Positions 40,101 through 52,100 of a stretch of 64,000 nucleotides of DNA are shown here, piece by piece. Origin of the DNA: a virus; IMG/VR virus record IMGVR_UViG_3300009183_000083, positions 5,810 through 69,809 of that record. One strand, given 5' to 3'. Below the pieces are notes generated by a model. That model searched no databases. It saw nothing but the letters and a program-made list of their open reading frames with translations, and was not told the origin of the DNA. A program made the position numbers and the translations under genes. Numbering within the stretch: the stretch's first letter is position 1; every line of letters begins with the position of its first letter.

Positions 40101-43100
40101 TTGTGCAAATGCCAGATGGAAAAGCTCGTGACGTTCCCGTTAAGGCCTTTAGTCAGGCTGAAACTCCAACTGTAGCGGAGGGCGCTCTTATTTCCTCTCA
40201 AAACCAATCTCCTGGAATAAAAAAACAACAAACAATAATAAAAAATGAACAACAAGAAAATGATGCCAATGATGGGAGCAATGATGAAGCCATCAGCAAA
40301 GCCGAAAGCGATGCCGAAAAAGATGGCGAAATCAATGCCGAAAAAGATGGCGAAGAAAAAGATGTGTTAAGTGAATCAGGAGCTGCTGGGGAAACATCTC
40401 CAGCAGCTTCTTCTAGTAGCGTTAATAATCGCATTAAAATCAGAAATCGGCTCAAAGGAGTTAAAAACACAGAGCCTCTTGTTAACAAAGAAAACGATCG
40501 CTTTTACAAATCAGACGGAGGAATTTATGTTTCTAAAGGAAAAGATCCCGTAACCTATGTTACCGACGATGAAATTGATGCTGAGATTGAAAGACAGGGT
40601 GGCAATCTAAATAATGCCCTTAAAGTGATCAACGATAAGATCACAAAAATGGGCGGTAATATTAACGCTTATGCTTTAGACATACAAGAGAAGACAGCGG
40701 AAAATGCCACTTCATTAACTTATCAAGACGTAACTTACGTTGCTGACCCTAGTCTTATTCAAGATGGAACTGATGCAATTGGCGGCAAGTGGATGATGAT
40801 AACTAACGAGAAGACTGGTGTTGTGTCTTATACTTATCGTCCACCTACTGGAAGCGCGTTATCATTAGGAATTGGTGAAGTTGTAGCAATTGATGGAAAA
40901 CCTGACGAATTCTTAGTAGTAAAACGAGTATTCAATGGTCGATGGGATTTTGAAAAAAAGGATGCTAAAGACGCAGCTGGAGACATTATCAATGATAAAG
41001 GCTTAACTCAAGAAGGAAACAAATTTACTCGTTCTCGTTTATCTTTAATTTCCAAAGAATTTGAAAAACATTTTGAGTCAATTGTTAATGGAAAAATTAA
41101 TCCAGAACAAATGGAGAAATTATTTCTTAAAGTATTGAAAATTGTTTCTCCTAAAAAAGATTTTGTTGTTGTCAATAAAGACATGTCTGAAGAAAAAGGT
41201 TATGTTTACGCAAGCCGAAACAATGAGAATCCAGATGATTTTGGTTCAATCAATGTAGACTATAAGAAGCTGTCTGAGCAACTTTCTCAACTTTATCGTA
41301 CAGCTAATACTAAAAATAAATTTTCTAATGCTCTTCTTGGAATGGATGCAGCAAGAGTTGTTTCTGCTATTATTGATGAAGAACTCACTCACTTAATTGG
41401 ATTTAAGATTTTTGACGATGCTGAACTTTTTTCGTTTTACAGATCTATTCTTGATCTTCCAAAAAACAAAGATGGTACTGAGCATCCATTCAAACAAATT
41501 CTTTTAGAAACTTTAACTGAGCGGTTTCCTCAAAGACAAGGTTTGCCTGCGTTAAGCCCCGAGATTGATGGGTTTGATGAAGGTACAGTAGGTGATGCTG
41601 ATAACATGGATGAGATTGTCCTGACAGTGGCAACAGAAATGATTCGTAAGCTTCATCAGATGGCAACACGCGGAACTACCACAGAACGCGATACAGAGCT
41701 TTCTAGACAGCTTCAGGCTGCGATTTATGGTGACGCTGCTGCTAAGTCCCAAGAAACTGCTGAATCAAAGGTGAAGGGGCCTTTAAACGTCATTGGTCAA
41801 ATAATTAGGCGTTACGCTGAACGTGTTCGCAATATCCTTTGGATGAAGTGGCAACAAGGGATGCTACCACGAAACACTCGTGATATGCTTACAAGATTAA
41901 ACAAAGCTTATCAAAACGAAGGGATTCAAGGTGATGTAGACTTTGGTTATGACGCTGCGATGGAAGAATCAGAGCGCCGAGTAGAACAGTATGAGAAATC
42001 TTTTATTGATGAAACTAGCAAAATTGCAAGGATTTCTAATCCTGCAATGATGAAGCTTCGATCAATAAGCAGGGAGTTTGGTTACATGTCTCTTGGTGAA
42101 TCCCTAGTAGTTGACAAAGACACAATGACGCTTTCTCTTCATCCAAAAATCATGCAACACATTAAGGATAATAACTTAATGGACTTGGATTTGGTAAATA
42201 AAGTTTTGTTTGAATTAAATGGTGAGGGTGTCAGCACTCCATCTTATCAAAAAGCAGTTACTGTAGCTTTTCTAAAGCAGCAAGTTATGGATTTAAAGCG
42301 TGATAAACTTACGTTTAATCCTTCTGATTTGTTTGACTCAATGAAAAATGATGAGGGGTTATTTGGTAATCAAGCAAAAGATGCTAAGTCTGCAAAGCAT
42401 TCTGTTTTATGGAGACAAATTCTTGAAGGCATTCCAGAAAACAACTTTGAAGCATCACTAAAAGAAGTTGTCTCACCATTAGTTTCTGAGCGAAACGAGA
42501 TGTGGAAAGAACGTGATCGTTTGCATGGATTAGTTATTCAAGAAGCATTTAAGGCAGTTAACGCAATTGATACAGATTTGGGTGGGTTCTCTTCAATTAA
42601 AGCGTTAATTAAATGGGGTCGCTTGGCTCAAGTCAAACGACCTGGAAAAAGAGAATTAGTTGATATTTTTGATGATTTTACATTTCCTAGCGAGCAATGG
42701 TTTGAATATCAATCTCCTGCAGATAAGTTAATTAATGCAACTCCAGAAGAATCAGCGCAGGTGCGTCGTGATTTCAAGCAATCCATACTTCAATCGCTGG
42801 CTCTTTCTCTTCCTTCAATTACCGGAGAAAGTCATGTTAAATTTTTAGAGTCTATTGGTGGTCCTGTTTCAGAAGCTTTAGCCGAACTAAAGAGTACGGA
42901 AAAATCTTTAGAAACTATAACTCAATATATTGAAACAATTAAGTATTATAATAAATTCAATCACTTTATTCCAGGAATGGACCCTAAGGATAGGGATCAG
43001 CTTAAGACTGCAATGTCTGCAGAACGTAACGCGCGAAGCCCGAAAAAAAGTGGGCTACCTATAAATGATGAAAATAATGTTCTTCAGCGTCAGCAACCGC

Positions 43101-46100
43101 TTTCACCTGAAGCGCAAGCTGCTTCGTTTTCTATTTATCAAGAATACATTGAGTTTTCTCGCGCTGTAGATGACTACAACAAATCTATTCAATTTGTAAA
43201 GAACCGAGCATTGGGTGAGTTTGGTACACGTTCTGAGGAGTTTGGAATGAATTATGCAGACATGAATAAAGCAACTGGCAACAACGCTACGCTTGAGTTT
43301 AAAAGCATGACTGACGAACTTCAGCCTGCTAGTACGCCTAATGATGTATTTAGCGGAAATATGATTCCAGAAGGAATGAAATATGGTTACGGGTCAATAG
43401 CTCGTTTTGATGATAATGGAGAACCACTTTCAGAAGAAGAACAGGCATGGAACGCTGGACTAGAAGTTTATCGTTACACAATGCAATCAAACGCTGATTT
43501 TGTTGGCAAAAATTTATTTTTAAACTACTGGGTTAATCTTCAACTTGGGAAAGTTGTTTTGTCTGGTGTTGCTAGTGACTACGAAAAAACAGGAGGATTC
43601 TTATTTAAAAGACAAGTTAACGAAATTGAAATGGTAGATTACGAAACTGCTGATCAAGCGTTTCCTGACTTACCAACTGAAGAGCTTGGAGAAGCAAAGA
43701 TGAAACTTAAGTCTGGCGGCGCAGAAGACATTCTTAATGTTATGCGTTTTTTCCAAAAGGTTAACGTATGGGCAAGCGGAATTAAAAGCAAGTATCAAGG
43801 AGTTACGACAGATGAAGTTGGTGGAGAGCAAGGTTTTGCTGGTCGCATGATTCCAATGCTTAATGAATTATTTGGAAAGATGGAAAGCATGATTGATCCA
43901 ATTAGTGGAGAGTCATTTATTGGACTTACTGAAGGATTGGATTTTGATTTAAAAGCACACGTTGAAGACGTAATAAAGTTTTTAAGTCGTCATTACGAGA
44001 TGAAGGATTTTTACACAAGATCTGGTAGTTTTGTTATGCCTACAGAAGAAGTAAAAGACTTTATGGACTTCTTTAAAATGAAGGACGGCAAGTTAATTAA
44101 AATTTCATCACGTAAAGACAATCAAATTGCTAATGATTTTTCTGGTGTGCTTTTAAATTCAGGCAAAAAACTTAAGGTTTCATTACGCAGCGCTACCCAA
44201 GGTGTTAAATTAATGAAACGTTCTTTTAAAGCGTTTAGTAACCCTCGCTGGAAGCGTAACGTTGAACAAGAAGGTAGTCGTTATCAACGTGATCCTGCAT
44301 ATGAACCAGACAATAAAGCTATTCTAAAGCTCGGAGAAATGACGGCAGATGCCCGAATGAGAAATCAGATGAAGTGGAATTTAAAATATTTTGAAACTAG
44401 CCGTAATTACATTTTTGGTTCTAATTGGGCATTTGAATTTTACAATGATATTCAACGAAGCAGTTATGGAGAAGGACGAGAGCCTTATGTAAAAATCAAA
44501 GCTTCAAGCATAAGTGCTAATAGAGATATAACATTAAATGAAATGTTTGATCCTAATCGGTGGACCCTTGAAAGACCTAAAGGATTTATTCCTAATCAAC
44601 AAGATTACAACGATTCTTTATATTTTGGTGTCGGAAAAGAAACAAGAAGAGTAACAGATACTAATCTTTATTTAAATCCAGAAAGCGAAGTAATTAATCC
44701 AAACGAGTATTCCGGAAGCGAAGATGATCCTCGTGTTGCTAATTCTAGCATGTCTACTACAGACCCTACGGTTAGGGGGTACACTCAAACTTATAACGAA
44801 GGTCGTGCTTCAACACCACAGGAAACTGCTCAAAGGGCTTTTGGACGTTCTGCAGTTTCCCGGTCGATTAAAATAACTCAAGCGGCTATGTTCATAGGCA
44901 GCAATGGTCCAAGCGGACGTTCATCGTCAGACGCAGATCAATTTTATTTTGACATGATTCGTCTTGGAAGAGACAACGATTGGTTTACATCAGAAAACAT
45001 TATTGAAGAACGCAATCGTTCAAGTAATAACGTGTTTTTTGCTGATTTGACAAATGATGAAATTGATAGCATGGATAATCGTCAGATTATGACGGTTTTT
45101 CGTCAATCTATGACTGACAGTCTTGTTCGTCGTGGATTAAAAGGATTGTTTCCAGCTTTAGATTACACAAATGATGAAACTCATAACAAGATTTACGATG
45201 CGTTTCTTGATGAATACGGAAACAAAACAGACAAAAACGGTAAGTATTTTTTTATTGATTCAGAAAAGTTTATTTTAGATTTGCTTGAGTTTAAGATGAA
45301 GTTTGAACGGGCAGTTGTAGAAGAAAACCGTGTTAAGAATCAAGATGACATTGCTATAGCTTACGATTTAATTTCTAAAGGAAATCAATTTGTATCTCCT
45401 AATGAGTCTGAGCGCATGGCTAAAGCCATCAAGGAGTCAATGACGAGTGAAAAATTTAATATTTTTGATACTCGTCTTGGTACTGGGCTTGGAACAGGAA
45501 ATGCAATTGTGGATCATTTAATTGATACGCTTCCAGGCAGAACACTAATTGTTGAAATTCGTTCTGATGTTGCAGATGCAAACGATTTAAAGGGACTTAA
45601 CATTCAAGTATTTAAAGGCAATCAAAAACAAGGTGAGGCAATCACTCCGAATGTTGTTTTTATGCCATTAAATCAAAATGGTCCATATCTTTCCAAAGAC
45701 AAAGCAAGAAGTTTAATTAGCCAGTTACTCAGCATATCGGCTGAAAACAACTTAGTAGTTAAAAAAACGCTTCTTGATCTTTCTGCTAAGATTGATGCTG
45801 AATTAAAGCCAGTTCAGTTGGCTGATGGTCTTGTAATTAGCTATCGTTCTAAACCAAAAAAGAAAACGTTTTTTCCTAAAAATCGTTACATTTTTGATGC
45901 TTTTGACAAAATGGCGGCAATCCGATCTGATTTTGACATTGTTTCAAAAAGCTTATCTTTTCCTGGCGTTGATCCAAACTTGGTAGACGCAATTATTATG
46001 GTTTCTGCATTTCTTACTAACGATGATGCTAAAACATTTCTTGATCAATCTTATAAAGGATTTGAAGTTCGCGTTTCAAGCAATTTGCCGCAGCAAATAC

Positions 46101-49100
46101 AAGATGATCTACTTCATTCAATTTGGATGATTCGTCAAAGCAAACTTTATGAAACTAATCGTTTTGGAGATGAGACAGAAAACCTTGAATCAAACGATAA
46201 TAACAACGAAGAAAATGAAATTGATGATGAGGAAGAGTTTCCTGATCCAGACAAAGATGTAGACAATTCTGACCCATCTCAAGAACTTGATGATTCACTT
46301 GAAAAAAGTGAAGAAGCTAATAATTTTTTTGCTGACAATGTTATTCCTGAACTTGAAAAAAAGATAGCTGAGATTGAAGATGGCAAATTAGAAATTGAAA
46401 TGGTAATTGCTTCTGCTGATTTTGGTGTAAACGATGCAAGCGATATACTGCTTTATAATGCTCTTGCTTCAATTGTTGAGGCTGGAATAAAACGTGAAAG
46501 TTTGGAAGTTGTTAAAGGTCTTCAGGAAAGATATTCTAACAAGGGCCGCAAGGCTAGAAGCACTCGTGATATTCTGGCTAATCCTAAATTAGGTGGACAG
46601 TCAGGTAATCTTCGCGCTGATCTTGCTGCTCCAGTAGTTAAATCTAATGCAAAAGAGGATGAAGAGGTTGGGTTTTCACAAACAAAAATGAGTTTTGCTG
46701 TTAAAACTTATATTGGAGAAGCAATTAATATGGCTCGTCCAAACGTAAAAAATAGAACCGTTTTGAATTCTGAATTTGCTTCCACTAGGATTAATAATAT
46801 AAACGCTGCTTTAATTTACAGTTTAAGCAGTGTTGAAAATCAAGTTGAAGAACAACTTACTAGGTCTTTTAAATCAGCTCTTGGGGCTGTTGCAAAAATA
46901 AATTTTAGAAGCAATACAAAAAACGGAACTTTGGATTCTGTTAAGATTTCTAGCCAAAAAATTGAAGTTGTTGTTAATGATGAGCTTCTTTCTGAATTAG
47001 GAAGAAACTTGCCAGCAGCTGAATTAGAAGTTGCTTTGAGTCAGACTCGAAAAGCAGTTGAAGATTTATTTGTAAGCAAAGATAGATTTGAAACTATTTT
47101 AGCTTCTTTAAAAGAAGATCGCGCTAATGCAGTAGTTCTTAATTCAAAAAATGTTGCTGAATACTGGGCTAATACACCTACATCAATTCCTGATGCAACA
47201 GGAAAACGTAAAGGCAAAAAAGTTTCAAATGACGAGTTAAGCAACGCAATGAGCAAAGAGAATGTTGAATTAGCAAGAGCTAAGTCTGCAGCTCTTGTTG
47301 ATAAGTTGCGTGTAATTGATCGCCAAATTAATCGCGTCCAAGATGATCTACTTGCAGTAAAACGTGAGATTTCTAAAATTGAAAATTATCGCGGTCAAAC
47401 TGTTTTAGGTCGTTCACATTTTAAAGCTAATATTGGATTAGACATTCTTAAAAATGAAGAAGGCACACAGATTTCTGCTGCGGTAGAAGAGGCTACACGT
47501 AAAGTTGGATTTAATATTATTACTACTCCGTTTTTTGGCTCAATTGACGAACGTGCTCGCTGGATGGACACATCTTCTGATAACGCAATAGCTGATGTTG
47601 AAATCAAAGAACTTCGAAAAGAACATTACATTAAAGAACAGGCAATGATTTCTGCTTTAACGCAGTTAGCAACTGATCACATTGATGATGCTTATAAGAT
47701 TTCTAGAAACACAGCGGATAATTTTATGGATTTTAATCCGCTTAAAGCAATTCGCCAAGCAATTGAGATTTCCAACGTTGAATCAATTGTTTTGAAAGAT
47801 CAAATGAAGATGGCAAGAACTGAAGCTGAAAGTGCCATGATGAGAGGGTTGGAGGCTGACGATATTGCAATGTTGACTGACCCCGCTTCAACTAATTTAA
47901 TGGTGATGACGTTTGCTGATCAAGCAAAACTTACTCCACAAGAAAAAACAGGCAAAACAATTTTAACACCTAATCAATACACTAGATTACGTATTTTAAA
48001 CATGCCTAAGAGCATGACAGAAAGAAGTAAGAAGATTGGAGCGCTATTTAGTCAGGAAGGCCAAAACGCAATCTTAATGCCTACTACAGTGAAGGAGCAG
48101 CTTATGAGGGCATTTCCTATGACTGTAACAAAAAGGAACGTAAACAGCACTATAACACAGATAGTAGCTGAAGCAGCGGCTTTGTCTCAGAATGTCTCAC
48201 TTGATTCAATGCGTCATTCCGAACTGGAAGCCAAGCATAACGATGGAACGATTACTCCTGAGGAGACAGAAACGGCTCAAAAACTTGTATATGAGGCAGC
48301 TGATAAAAAGGGGTATGACCAAAAAGGACATAGAGCAGGAGTGTATAAAAATGGAATTCCACTCCTACCAAGCACAACTGGTGGTTTGGGGTCTGCTTAT
48401 TATGCTATTTTGGGAGGTTCTCTCGAGGAAATTAAAGAGTTTGGTGGGGAGATTTTGGGCCCTGACCGAAACAACCCGTCGATTAAAACAATAGCTGGTG
48501 AAGTGAGAATAAATCTTGGTGATAAACCTTTATTTGTTAAGCACCCCAGTGAGGTGTCAGAATGGGCTGATAAAAATAACCTTATTCCATCTTTTTATGC
48601 TTGGTTGAATTACCAACAAGCAGTCAATTCAGTTTATGATACCATCTATAAGGGTCAAAATAAAACAGATTGGAATGCGCCTACACGTCGTATAGACGTT
48701 AATCCAAACAGTCTTGAAGCCAGAAGAGCAGGACGCTTATACATAGAAACTGCTGAAAGCAAAAAAGAATACCGAGATGCCCTAATTAAAGATGGGTATT
48801 CAGAAAAGGACATTGACCGAATGAGGCTGAATGAAGACACGGTAGGAACTTCTGATGCTGCTAAGTTGAATTCTTTCTTGTTTGATCAAGGTCATGTTAC
48901 TGCAATCGTAGCAGATTGGTCTGGAGCTGCAAAAAATAAGAGAGCTTCGGGTGATGGACGTATGTTCACCGAGGTTGCATTAGCAAATCCAGATCAAATC
49001 AAATCCGCAGAACCCTTCACTGGAGTTCCTTTGGATCAAAGGTTTAACCCACAAAGTCATAGCATTGCTTACGCTGCCAATCTTGATTCACGCCCGATTT

Positions 49101-52100
49101 TAAACATCCGTTCTTCTGTTCGAAAAGCATTAGAGGATTCTGGTTTTTCGTTTAGCGATAATTTTGATGATGTTCAAGCTAGCAAGATTGCTCGCGTTGT
49201 TACAAAACGGTTGCGTGGAACTCGTGACACCAGCCCGGAATTTATTTTAGATGGTTCTGAAGCATTATCGTATTTAGTTTACGAACAACTTGGTCTTCCT
49301 GAGCGAGATCAAGCTGGCCGAGAATCAATTCAAAAAGCTATCGCTTCGTGGATGGAAACAGGTAAAGATCCAAAGAATATTGATAAGTCACTTTGGCAGA
49401 AGGTGCTTGAAGTTATTGAACGCATTAGTTCGTTATGGAATGGATCTAAATTCCAATCTATTGAAAAAGCTCTTTCAAGCGAACTCAATCAAATCGAAAT
49501 GGGGAACAAGAATTACTTCTTGTCTCCTGCTGTTGGTCGTTCAAAAATAAGTTTCCAAGGTATTGTCAATCGCAATCCAGACGCCGTTGGGGTGATGAAC
49601 TACCTTCAAGATCAAGGAATTGATTTTATACTTACTGGAAGCTTTGCTTACGCCGATCAAGTGTCAATTTATCGTAGCGCCGATAAGCCTGTGCATGATG
49701 TTGATCTAATTTTAAAGAGCGGAACGGTTGATTTAGCTGCAGACAAACTAAAGAATCATTACACTACCGCTAATCTTTACGACTTTCATCCCCGTAAAGG
49801 CGAGGCATCCCGCATCAATGGAATTATTGTTGTTCCAAAATCTCAACAAATAACTAACCTCATAACTCGTTGGGTAAAAACGCGAAATGGCTTTGAACCA
49901 TTACGTTCGTATGATGTTATCGACAACGTGACTGGTAATAAAGTAGGGTCTTATAAGTTTTCTCCATCTGGTGAAGTTTCAGATAATGCTGGAGTAATAC
50001 TTGATTTAATTGAGCACAAACCCGGTGTTGAGCGAGAGTTTGTAAATCAATCATTTCAAGATGGGTCTGACAACAATCGCACCATCAAGGTAAGTAATTA
50101 TGTTTCTGGATTTGTTCACAAGCTGGAGCTTCTTCGCTATAAGGATTTGCGAGACTTTAGAATGGCTCGTCCAGCGAACACTGAGGGTTCTGCTGTTTTG
50201 GATTCCACAACTCAATCGGTCAATAATCAGGGTCAAGGAATTGCTTATGCTGCAAACCTCAACCCAACAGATCATTCTTATTTCATGAACTCTATGGAGA
50301 GCTTGAAAAAAGAAACATTTTCTGGCGACGAGTTTAGCCTAACTAAAGGCAAAACAATGACTAAAGAAGAAGCGGCTAAAGCATTTTCAACTGAGTTTGC
50401 TAATAAGGTTAAAGTGTTTCTTAATACAATTCGTAATAATGGAGATGTAAACGGAAAGAAAGTTTTTGATTCTAATGGCCCTCTTTATCAAGCACAAATT
50501 GAAGAATTTTCCTTCATGCTTGAAGGAATGGTAATGGCTTACAACGACTCAGCCGGGGTGTTAAAAAAGGAAACAAAAGATGCGGTAAGAACTTTATTAA
50601 AAAGCATTAGTGAAAACAATGAAGGATCTTTTTCTTTTATTTCAGAAAGACAGTCATTTGGTATTGATATTAACACTGAAAACATGGTTAACTTTAGGAT
50701 TCCAAAAGTGTTTTCAAGTGTTTTTATGGATGTTGAAACCGATTTGATTGTTAAGCGTCTTACTTCATCTATGACTATTCATAATGGATGGGCATCATTG
50801 TTTACAATGAAGTATCTTGATCATCATGACTCTCGTATGCGCAATCGTTTTCAGAAAAACCGCGCTGGTCGACAAGCGGCACTTCATTTGAAAAACATTC
50901 TTGATCGAGGCGTGAGCGGCAAAAGCGGACGTTCAGCTTACGAAACGCGAAAAAAAGCAGCTCAAGAAGAAATTGCTCAAGCTGCAAAAAAACTTGATAA
51001 TAATGCTTTAGATCAAACTATTGGATATTTTCATGCAATGCTTGATGGTCTTGATAACGCTAATGGCATGACCTATGTTAACGCATTCAACTCTTGGTTT
51101 AATCAAATAAAACGTGGTTTTGATCAATATAATGAGTTGGTAAAAGAAGTAGATAGTTATTACGATAAAAACGAAATTTCAAAATATTGGGATGCTAATC
51201 ACATTGATTTACGTCGTGACAAAGAATTAACTGATAAGATCAAAGAGATATTAAATAGTGCTAAAGCAACATCTGATTTCATTGATGAATCTAAAGCAAG
51301 AGAAGCGGTAGAGCGAATTCAAAAAGCGTTAATAGATAATGTTACTAAAGGTAAAGAAGCAGATGTGCTTAATTATTCTACAACTGTATCTAGAGTTTTA
51401 GGTGATATTGATAGTGCAATGCATTTAACAATGGCAATGCTTTCTCAGCCTTCTGATCCACGAATAGATTCTGAAAAAAACAAATGGAATAATCGTGAAG
51501 TTAAAGGATATAAGCGAACCTATTCATCTGTTCCAATGATTATTGGATATGCTGGCAACCCTAAAAGCAAGGTTCCAATTAAACAAGGTGAATACATTTC
51601 TGATGCTATGGATATTGTAGCGTTTGATAGGTCTTCATTTTTTGGCGGTGTCGGTCATTCCTCACAGCGCTTTGACGATAAAAGTGTATTTCGACCTATT
51701 TTTGTTAATGGAGTGATGGCTCCACAATCTTTAATTGATGATGCTATTTATCGTCTTAACGTAACTCCAACTTATGAAGTGCTTCGTCGTTCGCTTGGAA
51801 AGGTTAAAGACACATCTGGACAACTTGGTATTGAAGATAGCGGTATTCTTGAAATTGTTCAGTCTCAAGTTCCTGATATTAATTTGCCAACTCAGGATTA
51901 CAATGAACAGAAGCACAATCATGACATGGAAGTTGATGCGACAACTACAGCTTTGGCTTTTGTCGCAAACGAATTAGAAACTACAATACGAAATGACTAT
52001 CAAACTGGTGTAGTAAATACTGGTGGTGCAGAAATATTGAGATTTTTAGGTTCAACGTTTATTGTAAGATCTTTAGCATCATTACAACAGATTACTGACC

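Noticed and set aside
41925-41955. GDVDFGYD as a multisubunit RNAP catalytic loop
   Set aside because: does not match the DxDxD/NADFDGD spacing
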